64,000 nt of DNA from a virus (Duplodnaviria; Heunggongvirae; Uroviricota; Caudoviricetes): IMG/VR virus record IMGVR_UViG_2721755711_000002; one strand, written 5' to 3'. Each line of letters starts with the position of its first letter. Position 1 is the stretch's first letter. Both the position numbers and the translations under genes were made by a program. Below the pieces are notes generated by a model, which worked only from the letters and a program-made list of their open reading frames with translations, searched no databases and was not told where the DNA came from. Below, one piece after another: positions 38,964 through 47,710 of the stretch.

Positions 38964-39744
38964 ATTCCTCCTCCCCGCCATGCATGATCTCCACCATGCG
39001 CTGCGTCATCCGGACAAAACCATTTTCGATGGCTTGCTGATAATCAATGATCACCAGTGCCGACTCCTCAAAAAGGCCCTGAATTTCAGCGGGGGCGTGA
39101 GCGTAATAGTCTGCAATTCTGCTGAAATTAAACACCGTGTGGCGTTCTGCCGCGCACAGGAGGAATTTTTCGATATCAGGCTCAAGGGACGCCGTACGTA
39201 TCCGGCTGACCAGCTCCTGAGTTTTCGTATCGTCGTACAGTTCACTGATATCCGGTTCATCCCCTGACGGCTCATAAACAGGCGTATCAATTTTCGTCGT
39301 GTACGGCTCATCCTCATTCGCTGTACCTGGCAAAACATCCGTTAATAGTTCGTCAATTTCTGTCGGGCAGAATCCTGTCAGGGAGATATCAAAATCAGCA
39401 TTGATTAGGTCCGACAGCTCCATCCGTAACAGATCTTCATCCCAGCCAGCACTCATCGGCAGGCGATTATCAGCCAGGCGGTACGCCTTTTTCTGATCAT
39501 CCGTCAGACCAGACAGAACAATGACCGGAACCGAATCCATTTTGAGCGCCTCAGCCGCCATAACACGCCCGTGCCCCGCAATAATTTCACCCTTTTCATC
39601 AATCAGCACCGGATTTGTCCAGCCGAATTGCTTAATGCTTTCAACCAGCTGTGTCACCTGTTCAGGAGAGTGTGTCCTTGCATTGTGCACATACGGAGAC
39701 AACTCTTGTAACAGTCGATAGACAATATTCAATTTTTCGCTCAT
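38956..39744 (-). CDS. ParB-like nuclease domain protein
   Basis: N-terminal ...ARTHSPEQV...GHGRVMAA... ParB/Srx-like motifs; start at M55 of ORF with RBS gagg. Confidence 0.65.
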   Translation of the reverse strand: MSEKLNIVYRLLQELSPYVHNARTHSPEQVTQLVESIKQFGWTNPVLIDEKGEIIAGHGRVMAAEALKMDSVPVIVLSGLTDDQKKAYRLADNRLPMSAGWDEDLLRMELSDLINADFDISLTGFCPTEIDELLTDVLPGTANEDEPYTTKIDTPVYEPSGDEPDISELYDDTKTQELVSRIRTASLEPDIEKFLLCAAERHTVFNFSRIADYYAHAPAEIQGLFEESALVIIDYQQAIENGFVRMTQRMVEIMHGGEEEYA

Positions 39745-40142
39745 ACAACCTCGCTTTATGAATAAAAAACTAACAGCAGCCAGTGGAGAGCATTTATCAT
39801 TAACATTTACAGATAAGATGACGTACATCATTGAAACGCCATTCAGCCATATACCGGCAGCATTCGTAGTTGCACTCCGTAACTCTGCGACTAAGGTTAA
39901 AAACATGGCCCTCTTTCGCCACCGGCAAATCTTCCATGGATTTCCCCTGCCGGTTTTTTATTTTCGTCGATGCATAACATTGCATTTACATCAATACCGT
40001 CTATTGTCATAAGTATGTTGTACCGATGCTCGGGTGATATTGGCGGTCTTCGCCGGCCGGTTCTGTGTAGCTGTTCCCTGTGACCGGTTTTTTATTTCTC
40101 ACATTATCGCAGCCCCTCGCTGAAGGGCTGCTGTAATGTCTG

Positions 40143-40442
40143 TTACTCTGTAACAACCGCACCTTCCGGTAATTCCATGCCGGCAAATACCGGACAACCC
40201 GGATGACGATCATCTTCTGTTGCTTCCAGCATTGACTCACCAAACCACTGCGTCGTGGCGCGACCATCTGCAGCCTTGTAGTGGATCAAGTACTGGTTTT
40301 CGCCATCCGCATACTGCGCGCGGGCTTTAACCTCACCCCATTCATCACTGATGCGCATCTCCACCAGTTGAGACAACTCAAACTTAAACGGAGCAGCATC
40401 AGCACCAATTACAATCGGTTTGTTTTCTGTTTTTTCCATCAT
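40143..40442 (-). CDS. Hypothetical protein
   Basis: 99 aa; RBS aggag. Confidence 0.35.
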   Translation of the reverse strand: MMEKTENKPIVIGADAAPFKFELSQLVEMRISDEWGEVKARAQYADGENQYLIHYKAADGRATTQWFGESMLEATEDDRHPGCPVFAGMELPEGAVVTE

Positions 40443-40613
40443 CGTCTCCTGATATCGAAGCCCGTCGCCGCACCGGGCGCTGATCAACATTTGAGTATTC
40501 GCGGCGACAGAAAGAATTTATTTAATTGAGTAGCCACAAACACAGAATTTCATGCTTTCCGGACGCTGACACATCCTTCATTTTTCAGCAAAATATTCTG
40601 CTCTTACAGGCGA

Positions 40614-40796
40614 TCAGTTCTGCAGACACTGCCGAACACCGTCGACAATTTCACAGACCTGAGAAGCTGTATCAAAAAGCTGGCGCGCTTTATCCAGGCT
40701 GACACATCCCACCAGGAAAAAAGGCACCAGTATCGCTACCAGCGCCCATTTCACCGCCGTTCGAGGCATTCTGTGTGTCCAGTGTTTTCGGCTCAT
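40614..40796 (-). CDS. Small lipoprotein (o-spanin-like or Bor/Cor-like)
   Basis: Signal peptide with lipobox LVGC; short mature peptide. Confidence 0.45.
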   Translation of the reverse strand: MSRKHWTHRMPRTAVKWALVAILVPFFLVGCVSLDKARQLFDTASQVCEIVDGVRQCLQN

Positions 40797-41002
40797 GTCA
40801 CCACCAACGCACAGCCCAAATCAGAACAGCGACCGCCACAAGGCGAATTGCAAAGGCCGCAGCCCTTGTCAAATCAAGGCTCGCGGGAGTTTCCACTTCA
40901 ATACCTTTCATAATGGACAACCTCAAAAAGAATCTTTTATACTTTCCCACGAGGATTTTCTCCGTACTCACTACTCACAATTTCCTCTTTGACGTGAAAA
41001 CT

Positions 41003-41045
41003 AAAAACCCCGGACTGTTCCAGCAGCCGGGGTTTTGTTTTTTAT
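41003..41045. terminator. Bidirectional intrinsic terminator
   Basis: A-run, aaccccgg...ccggggtt hairpin, long T-run. Confidence 0.6.
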
Positions 41046-41323
41046 TTACTGCCTTGGGTGCGGCATCTGGCTATTTCATTCCTGGCTTTACTGTCACCGC
41101 GACAGATACAACGCACCGTGTCTCCGGTCAGCGTGGTAATGTAAGCCTCATCCTCTTTTTCTACCGGAATACATGGAATATCCCCGCCCAGGCAATACTC
41201 AATTTTTGCTGCAAGATGAGTGTCACGCGGATAGAACTCCAGACGATACATATTCCCCAGAACATGCACTTCTTCAACCTGACGACCATCTTTAGTTACC
41301 GTGATTTTTTTCAGTGCGTACAT
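41042..41323 (-). CDS. Hypothetical protein in lysis cassette
   Basis: 93 aa; strong RBS ggagg; no predicted membrane span. Confidence 0.35.
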   Translation of the reverse strand: MYALKKITVTKDGRQVEEVHVLGNMYRLEFYPRDTHLAAKIEYCLGGDIPCIPVEKEDEAYITTLTGDTVRCICRGDSKARNEIARCRTQGSK

Positions 41324-41393
41324 ACGTACCTCCGTTCTTTCGTTTTTTGAGCAATAAAAAAGCCGCTCATGGCGGCCCTGTATGTTTTGCAAG

Positions 41394-41771
41394 CTATCGC
41401 TTCAATTGAAAATGTGGGCCGTCTTTAAGCGTCCGCCAGTCACCGCCCCATTCGATGGCAGTTCCAAGCTCTGCGGCAGCTTGCTTAAATGCCTGTGCGA
41501 TTTTCTCGTACAGAGGCCAGTCCCATGACACCTGGCTGCCAACATAAGCCACAACATCCACAGCATCACCGGTCAGGTGGCGGCTGTTCATGGTCTGGCT
41601 CTTACCTTCTGCAACCAGCTGTTTCTGGCGATACTTACTGCGCAGACCTTCCGTAATACCGAAATCAACCTCCGTCAGCTCCAGCGCACGGCGAACAACA
41701 GCAACCAGCTGTGGTTTGACGCCCTCCAGATTTTTTTCACTGCGACGACTGAATCTGAATTTACCCGACAT
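41394..41771 (-). CDS. Endolysin, peptidase M15-like
   Basis: SRHLTGDAVD and WGGDW...DGPHF motifs; follows holin genes. Confidence 0.7.
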   Translation of the reverse strand: MSGKFRFSRRSEKNLEGVKPQLVAVVRRALELTEVDFGITEGLRSKYRQKQLVAEGKSQTMNSRHLTGDAVDVVAYVGSQVSWDWPLYEKIAQAFKQAAAELGTAIEWGGDWRTLKDGPHFQLKR

Positions 41772-41773
41772 GC

Positions 41774-42049
41774 TCACCTCCGGAATGAAAGGATTTTTGA
41801 AACGTTCCCGCGTGCACGTATCACCAGCACGCAGAACAGCAGATTAAGCCCCACCGCCAGCCAGTTCGCCGCTAACGGGCGACCGCACAGATAGCTGAGT
41901 GGTGCAAAGGCATAAAGCAGCATCAGTAGCCAGGCCAGCCATGACATCAGCGCTTTATGTCTGGAATCACGGCGACGATAAAAAAAGAGCGTCAGCACGA
42001 TAACCGTGCTTAACACCACATTCAGTAATCCGGGAAGGTTACTTAACAT
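41774..42049 (-). CDS. Holin/antiholin-like membrane protein
   Basis: 91 aa with 2-3 hydrophobic helices. Confidence 0.5.
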   Translation of the reverse strand: MLSNLPGLLNVVLSTVIVLTLFFYRRRDSRHKALMSWLAWLLMLLYAFAPLSYLCGRPLAANWLAVGLNLLFCVLVIRARGNVSKILSFRR

Positions 42050-42428
42050 TACCGCCTCCTCCCCGCAGACGGGAGAACAGCCCGAATACCAGCGATGCGA
42101 TATCCTGCTGGTGGATGAATGAGAGAATCTTCACCGACACCACCGATACCAGTACCGCGCAAAGCGCGTCGAGAGATGTGCTGTGGAGATTCAGTTTTTC
42201 AACCAGGTAAGACGCCATCACATCCGCCCCCAGCACGCCAACAATGAACGACACCAGAAAATGCGCTGCCACACGCCAGACAGAAATCTTCTGTGGTATC
42301 GTGGCCACAAACAGCGCCCCTGCGAATGCACCAAACACAATCCCGAAATCCGTTCCGGTAAACAGCCCGAATACCGTCGCCCCACCGAGCGCCGCAGCCG
42401 TGCCGGAACCGGATAAGGGTTCAGACAT
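42039..42428 (-). CDS. Holin-like membrane protein
   Basis: 129 aa, Gly/Ala-rich hydrophobic helices; RBS aggag. Confidence 0.55.
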   Translation of the reverse strand: MSEPLSGSGTAAALGGATVFGLFTGTDFGIVFGAFAGALFVATIPQKISVWRVAAHFLVSFIVGVLGADVMASYLVEKLNLHSTSLDALCAVLVSVVSVKILSFIHQQDIASLVFGLFSRLRGGGGNVK

Positions 42429-42521
42429 ACTTTTTCTCCTGTAAATAAAAAAGGGCCGCTGTCGGCCCGTAAAAAAACCCCCCGTCAAAGGCACCCACAG
42501 ATGCCTTTTGTGTGGTGCTAT

Positions 42522-42728
42522 TTATTGCTTTAGTGTCATTTGCGCTTCAATAAAGCGACGGCGGTTCTCCGCAATAACAAACGCCATTGCCAGCCCTTTG
42601 ACGGCTGCATCATGACCATACCGGGTCTGAGCAGCAGCAAACCTTCGTTCTATCGCTGCTACAGAATCAATGGCAGAATCTGCTATGCAATTTTCAAATT
42701 CAGTTATCACTTCTGTCGAAGAGGTCAT
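42522..42728 (-). CDS. Small hypothetical protein (uncertain)
   Basis: 68 aa; its ATG abuts the divergent plus-strand ATG within CATATG. Confidence 0.25.
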   Translation of the reverse strand: MTSSTEVITEFENCIADSAIDSVAAIERRFAAAQTRYGHDAAVKGLAMAFVIAENRRRFIEAQMTLKQ

Positions 42729-43409
42729 ATGTACTCCCTGAAAATTAGATGCCCGTACTGCCTTCATCAGGTTCATATTTCTCTGAATGAGGTCACCCAG
42801 TACCACAGCAGGCGCCCGGCTACAGAAAACAAGCTTTACGTGCAACAGCCGCGCACCTCTGAAATAACATCAGCAAAAGCATACTCAACAGACTTTTGCA
42901 CAGAATGTAACAACCCATTAATGATCGCATTCGAATGTTCAGTCAGTGAACTGGTGGACATGAAAAAAGCCATCAACAACAAAGCCTGGGTGCTGAATGC
43001 TCCACTTGAGGGAAGCATCAAAATCTATCCTGAACTCAGGCTGCCCGATGACTCCCCCCACTATCCCGAAAAAATTCGCGCAGTCTTCACCGAGTTGCAA
43101 GAGGATGTTCGGTCCGGCAGAACCGCCCCGCGTATCATTGTTGGCTGCCGTAGCGTCCTCGAGGTTGCCCTCCGTGCCCTGGGGTACGAAAAAGGCAATC
43201 TGCTGTCACGCATTGAACTGGCACGGCAGGACGGCATACTGACGGAATCAATGAGAAACTGGGCTCACCGAATCCGTATGGAAGGCAATGAGGCTGTGCA
43301 CGAGCTCGAGGCCAGTGGTGAACAGGCAAAAGAGTTTGTGGCGTTTCTCCGCCTGTTCCTTGAAGTGGCATTTGTGCTACCGGAACGCATTAAGGAACAG
43401 CAGCAATAA
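42729..43409 (+). CDS. Zinc-ribbon protein with C-terminal DUF4145-like domain (cargo gene, opposite strand)
   Basis: CPYC...CTEC pairs at N-terminus; C-terminal ...RNWAHRIRMEGNEAVHELE... resembles DUF4145; RBS gaagagg. Confidence 0.55.
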   Translation: MYSLKIRCPYCLHQVHISLNEVTQYHSRRPATENKLYVQQPRTSEITSAKAYSTDFCTECNNPLMIAFECSVSELVDMKKAINNKAWVLNAPLEGSIKIYPELRLPDDSPHYPEKIRAVFTELQEDVRSGRTAPRIIVGCRSVLEVALRALGYEKGNLLSRIELARQDGILTESMRNWAHRIRMEGNEAVHELEASGEQAKEFVAFLRLFLEVAFVLPERIKEQQQ

Positions 43410-43443
43410 AAATGCAGCGGGCTTTCAATGCCCGCTCAAATAA

Positions 43444-43602
43444 TCAGCTGTTGTTTTTGTTCCGGAATAAAGGCCGGAGCACGACCAGCGCCATCGCCAC
43501 CAGTACACCATCAGCCAGTACCGACATCAGCCGTCCGGTGAAATCCACCGCCACTACCAGAAACAGCAGGACGGCAGCCAGCGCAAGGCGTGCACTTTTC
43601 AC
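43444..43602 (-). CDS. Small two-helix membrane peptide (52 aa), coupled to TerB-like gene
   Basis: GTG start overlaps TerB-like stop (GTGA); translation KSARLALAAVLLFLVVAVDFTGRLMSVLADGVLVAMALVVLRPLFRNKNNS; below ORF-track size cutoff. Confidence 0.3.
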   Translation of the reverse strand: MKSARLALAAVLLFLVVAVDFTGRLMSVLADGVLVAMALVVLRPLFRNKNNS

Positions 43603-44024
43603 AGGTACTGCTCCAGCGGTAACTGCAGCGCCTGAGCAATTTTCTTGAGCTGTGCTTCTTCATCCGGACCAATGCCATCCTGGTCTGCGATATCCAGACA
43701 CAGGCACAGCACATTAACGGCATCATCAGTACCGGCGACATCAGCCAGTTGACGGAGGGCTTCAGCATTGGCAGAACGCGGCGATGCTTCATAACGGGCG
43801 CGGATATTCGCGCTCATCTGGGCAATCTCACCGGAGAACGGCGCAAAGGCAGGAAGTGCTGCAATGGTTTTCTCCAGTACCGCAATTTCTTTCGCGTCAC
43901 AGGTGTCGTCAGCGTATGCAATGGAATACGCGCCCCAGACGGTCGCCTCCACCGCGTCGCGGTTCTCCATTTTCTTCACTTCAGTAATAGCCTTACGGGT
44001 TTTCTTTTTGAAAATACCAAACAT
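43599..44024 (-). CDS. TerB-like domain protein
   Basis: ~141 aa; acidic helical protein (...DTCDAKEIAVLEKTIAAL...DIADQDGIGPDEEAQLKKIA) resembling TerB family. Confidence 0.5.
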   Translation of the reverse strand: MFGIFKKKTRKAITEVKKMENRDAVEATVWGAYSIAYADDTCDAKEIAVLEKTIAALPAFAPFSGEIAQMSANIRARYEASPRSANAEALRQLADVAGTDDAVNVLCLCLDIADQDGIGPDEEAQLKKIAQALQLPLEQYL

Positions 44025-44221
44025 CGTGACTTTTCCTTTTAGTGGGTGAGCCTCGCCCCGGGATGAGCAGCCCACAGAGAAAGTCACACTGACCATCCCG
44101 TAAGCTCCCCCCTGAAAGGCTCTGTGGTTTTTTGATGTGCGCCGGGCGTGGCGCAGATATGAAAAAGGCCACGCACGTGCGCAGCCTGATAATTTTCTGA
44201 ATCAGCGGAGTGTCAGCTGGT

Positions 44222-44749
44222 TTACCCTTTCACTTCTGAAAGGGATTTTTTGCCAAACGTCACTTCATTCATTGACATAAGTATGCTGTCTTTAATGTAT
44301 TCGCACACTTCATTAATTTTTGCGTTGGTATCCACATGCGAAAATGTCCTGGCCTGATAACCATCAACCGAAATCGTCATGTTGTCGCCATCAAGTAACA
44401 GAATACTCACTGTAATATTCACACTTACAGACTGGCGGGGATCATCATCAACAACCGTATATAAATTAAAAGTAACCCCATCCTGAAAATCTACCTGCAA
44501 ATCCTCCGGTTTCTCACAACAACTATCATGAGAAAGATAAACATAGGGATGGGAGTTACCGTCAATATCCAGCCATCGTGGTTTCGGCAATGCCAGTGAG
44601 TCTTCATAGGTCTTGACCAGCCTTTTTGCCATATCCCGCAGTCGCTGGATGTACTCCTGTCTGGCCTCCTGAATTTCAGCCTGCTTTGCCCGAATGTCTG
44701 CATATGTGATCACAGTCTCAATTCTCCTGTATACAGAAAAATAAAACAT
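44222..44749 (-). CDS. Hypothetical protein (AT-rich cargo gene)
   Basis: Start uncertain (M103 of ORF 44222..45055). Confidence 0.3.
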   Translation of the reverse strand: MFYFSVYRRIETVITYADIRAKQAEIQEARQEYIQRLRDMAKRLVKTYEDSLALPKPRWLDIDGNSHPYVYLSHDSCCEKPEDLQVDFQDGVTFNLYTVVDDDPRQSVSVNITVSILLLDGDNMTISVDGYQARTFSHVDTNAKINEVCEYIKDSILMSMNEVTFGKKSLSEVKG

Positions 44750-45112
44750 AATAATAGCCAACCGGGAAAAGATGAAAAATGCCATAACAGAACAGGCATT
44801 GCGCACGGATAAAAAAATGCCCGTCATGAGACGGGCTAAAACATTCATCATGCAAGAGTTAAGCAGGATTACTTGTATCGAATTATCGGTATCAGAATGA
44901 GTCGTCAACCTGCAACCGCAATTCTGGCGAATCGTAGGCCCCGGCACAGGCGACGACTCATTCTGATAACGCATACCATTAACAATGTAAAAAACACAGC
45001 ACTGAAACTGTAACCGATCAGGCATTACAGAATGAAGAAAATAAAATGTCCGCAACCAGATTCTTCACGAAAATGCGCCAGTGCTGATAAAACTATGACT
45101 CATCAGTTTTAC

Positions 45113-45189
45113 TGGAGAGCGGGTGACGGGAATCGAACCCGCATCATCAGCCTGGAAAGCTGAGGTAATAGCCATTATACGATACCCGC
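45113..45189 (-). tRNA. tRNA-Gly(UCC)-like gene, possibly degenerate
   Basis: GCGGGTATCGTATAATGGCTATTACCTCAGCTTTCCAGGCTGATGATGCGGGTTCGATTCCCGTCACCCGC...; resembles glyT as recalled but with an A7-C66 mismatch and TCTCCA instead of TCCA at the 3' end. Confidence 0.5.
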
Positions 45190-45407
45190 ATACTGTGCTG
45201 GCCTCCGGAATCACACGAATTACCAGGAAAGCCAGCACTGGTCTTTCCGGTGGCAAGCAACACCCCTGTGAACATAAAGACAACCACCTTCCGGACCAGT
45301 CAGAATACTAACGACAGTTTTTCAGACATCAAAAATATATTTGGTGTTCAGTTTTAAATATGTGTATACATCTGTATCAGAAATATACAACGTATATCAT
45401 CACTGAA

Positions 45408-46454
45408 TTAAAAATCTTTCGTTATTTCTCTGACCGTCTGATTAAAACGTTCCTCTTCCAGTTCCACGCCAATCGCCCTGCGTCCCAGCGACAGTGCCGC
45501 TTTTATTGTCGACCCCGACCCCATAAAAAAATCTGCGACCAAATCGCCAGGACGGCTGCTGGCAGTAATTATCTGACGCAACATATCCGCCGGTTTTTCA
45601 CAGGGATGTTTGCCCGGATAATACTGCACGGGCTTGTGCGTCCAGACATCCGTATAAGGAACGACAGCCGATACGGAAAAATAACGCCGCAGTGATTTGT
45701 ATTCCTCCAGCAGGCTGGCATATTGCCGGTTCAGTTCGCTGTATGTGCTGACCAGCTGGTGGTGTGGCTGCTCCAGTTCACCGCGCTGGTGTTTTTCTGC
45801 CACCACACGTGCAAACAGCGCCTGCAGTTTACTGTAATCGGCCTCATTCGGTAACTGCCACTGACTGGTACCAAACCAGTGCGAAGCCATGTTTTTCTTT
45901 CCGGTGGCTTCCGCTATCTGTTTTGACGTTATTCCCAGTGATTCACGCGCATCACGAAAGTAAGAAATCAGCGGGGCCATGACGTGCTGTTTTAGCTCAC
46001 GCCCCTTTGCCGCATAGCCGTCATTTTTGGGCTGGTATGGCCCCTGATAATGTTCAGCAAACAGAATGCGTTCTGTTGCCGGAAAATACGCCCGCAGGCT
46101 TTCCTTGTTGCACCCGTTCCAGCGCCCGAACGGCTTCGCCCAGATAATGTGGTTCAGCACATTAAAGCGTTCACGCATCATGATTTCGATATCAGATGCC
46201 AGGCGATGACCACAGAACAGGTAGAGACTTCCGGCAGGTTTCAGTACCCGCCAGAACTGCGCCAGACACTGAGCCAGCCATTTCAGGTAATCATCGTCGC
46301 CCTTCCACTGGTTATCCCAGCCCTCGGGCTTCACTTTAAAGTATGGCGGGTCTGTGACTATCAAATCGACAGAGTTTTCCGGTAAGGTCCGGATAAATTC
46401 CAGGCAATCAGCGTTGATTAACTCACAACTGGATATTTTTACAGTATTAGCCAT
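45408..46454 (-). CDS. Orphan DNA methyltransferase (amino-MTase, DPPY type)
   Basis: IVTDPPYF catalytic motif near N-terminus and FMGSGST SAM-binding motif near C-terminus; no adjacent restriction gene. Confidence 0.8.
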   Translation of the reverse strand: MANTVKISSCELINADCLEFIRTLPENSVDLIVTDPPYFKVKPEGWDNQWKGDDDYLKWLAQCLAQFWRVLKPAGSLYLFCGHRLASDIEIMMRERFNVLNHIIWAKPFGRWNGCNKESLRAYFPATERILFAEHYQGPYQPKNDGYAAKGRELKQHVMAPLISYFRDARESLGITSKQIAEATGKKNMASHWFGTSQWQLPNEADYSKLQALFARVVAEKHQRGELEQPHHQLVSTYSELNRQYASLLEEYKSLRRYFSVSAVVPYTDVWTHKPVQYYPGKHPCEKPADMLRQIITASSRPGDLVADFFMGSGSTIKAALSLGRRAIGVELEEERFNQTVREITKDF

Positions 46455-46604
46455 AGATCAGTAAGCACTTCTCTGATAGGCTCATACCGCTTTTGCGCAA
46501 AGCAGATGGGCCTGAGGTTTGCTTGTGATCCCAACACATGAGCAGATGGCTGGCAGGTGCCGCTAACACCCACCAGCCGCCCATTACCACAAATTAAAAA
46601 GCCT

Positions 46605-46802
46605 TCACTGAGGAAGGCGTCTGTAACAACCGAACTGATAATCTGCCAGACCCGCCATAACAAGCTGGGTCAGTATTAACTGGCAGCGTTCGCGTGAAAG
46701 GTAAGTATTCTGCGCAATTTCCCCGACGGTCGCCGGTTCGGTGACGCTTAATTCATTAAACACCACTCTGGCGGTTTCGGTCATATCCTGCTGTTTTAGC
46801 AT
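46605..46802 (-). CDS. Small winged-helix-like protein
   Basis: 65 aa; RBS aggga. Confidence 0.35.
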   Translation of the reverse strand: MLKQQDMTETARVVFNELSVTEPATVGEIAQNTYLSRERCQLILTQLVMAGLADYQFGCYRRLPQ

Positions 46803-46925
46803 GTCTTTTTCCCTTTTCCGGTTAACGTGACATACCAATAACTCTTGTCGAAAAAGCCAGCAAGCTGAAAGACCGGTATTCGTAACCACCAGCGCATTTA
46901 ACGTCCTGTACCGCTTTTTGGGCAC

Positions 46926-46952
46926 AAAAAAACCCGCTTGGCGGCGGGTTTT
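46926..46952. terminator. Bidirectional intrinsic terminator just downstream of Q-like gene (tR'-like position)
   Basis: A-run, aacccgc-ttggcg-gcgggtt hairpin, T-run. Confidence 0.55.
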
Positions 46953-47014
46953 GCTTACTTTGCCATCGCGTACAAAATCGGCAAAATATCAGATTTGCAT
47001 GAAATATATGCTTT

Positions 47015-47710
47015 TTAATCTACTTTTGCAATACTTTGCTTTGAAAATGCCGCCTTTTGTTCCGAACGCGTTCTCATTACCAACAATAAAGCCTCACTAT
47101 CCAGCTGGTGGAAAATGTGTTTCATTGCAACCCAGTGACCAGTAAATGTTTTGGACCAGTTTTTAGTTGTCACTCCCGCCAGTAATGCCAGCTCCTGGTA
47201 TTCATAACCTTCCCCGCCAAAAAGTTCTGCTTTTACTGCCTGCGCCGCCAGCCAGATTAATTTTTTCAGGCGTTCCCGTGTTTTCTCTGCAATTTTCCTG
47301 TTGCCAGAATGAGCCTTAAACTCTTCCCATGCCCAGCGGGTTATGGTGACCTGATACTCCCAGCAAATATTTCCGCTGTAACACCACAACAACCAGGTTT
47401 TATGAGGTTCTTCAAGAGACAGAACAGCCCGTCGCCATGAGGATGTCGAAAACTCAACCTGACTTACCAGAGGAATTGACGTCCCCTTCGCCAGCGATTG
47501 TTTCCCCGGGATTGGTGGATTATCCCGCGTGATCATTTTTCCAGTCACTTCATCGCGGTACCGGATTTTTTTACGCCTGTAACGCCCTGTATCGAACATG
47601 GCATTCTCCTGCCAGGCTTCAAGCTGACCTTTTGTTGCCCCACTCAAATCGGCGGTGGCGATAATGAGCTGCTCACGAACAAACTGTAAATACTGGTTAT
47701 TCATGCGCAC
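47015..47710 (-). CDS. Putative late-gene antiterminator (Q-like)
   Basis: 231 aa directly downstream of rusA and upstream of terminator and lysis region, as in lambdoid phages. Confidence 0.5.
   Translation of the reverse strand: MRMNNQYLQFVREQLIIATADLSGATKGQLEAWQENAMFDTGRYRRKKIRYRDEVTGKMITRDNPPIPGKQSLAKGTSIPLVSQVEFSTSSWRRAVLSLEEPHKTWLLWCYSGNICWEYQVTITRWAWEEFKAHSGNRKIAEKTRERLKKLIWLAAQAVKAELFGGEGYEYQELALLAGVTTKNWSKTFTGHWVAMKHIFHQLDSEALLLVMRTRSEQKAAFSKQSIAKVD

Noticed and set aside
40775-41350. + strand ORF 40775..41350 (191 aa)
   Set aside because: Spans the bidirectional terminator and lies antisense to lysis genes; translation is low-complexity.
42488-42512. Hairpin aggca...tgcct followed by TTTG as a + strand terminator
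   Set aside because: No convincing + strand gene upstream and only a short T-run; more likely fortuitous or part of the - strand terminator region upstream of the holin gene.
45065-45311. ORFs 45065..45283 (-) and 45123..45311 (+)
   Set aside because: They overlap the tRNA-Gly-like sequence and lack coding features; likely spurious.
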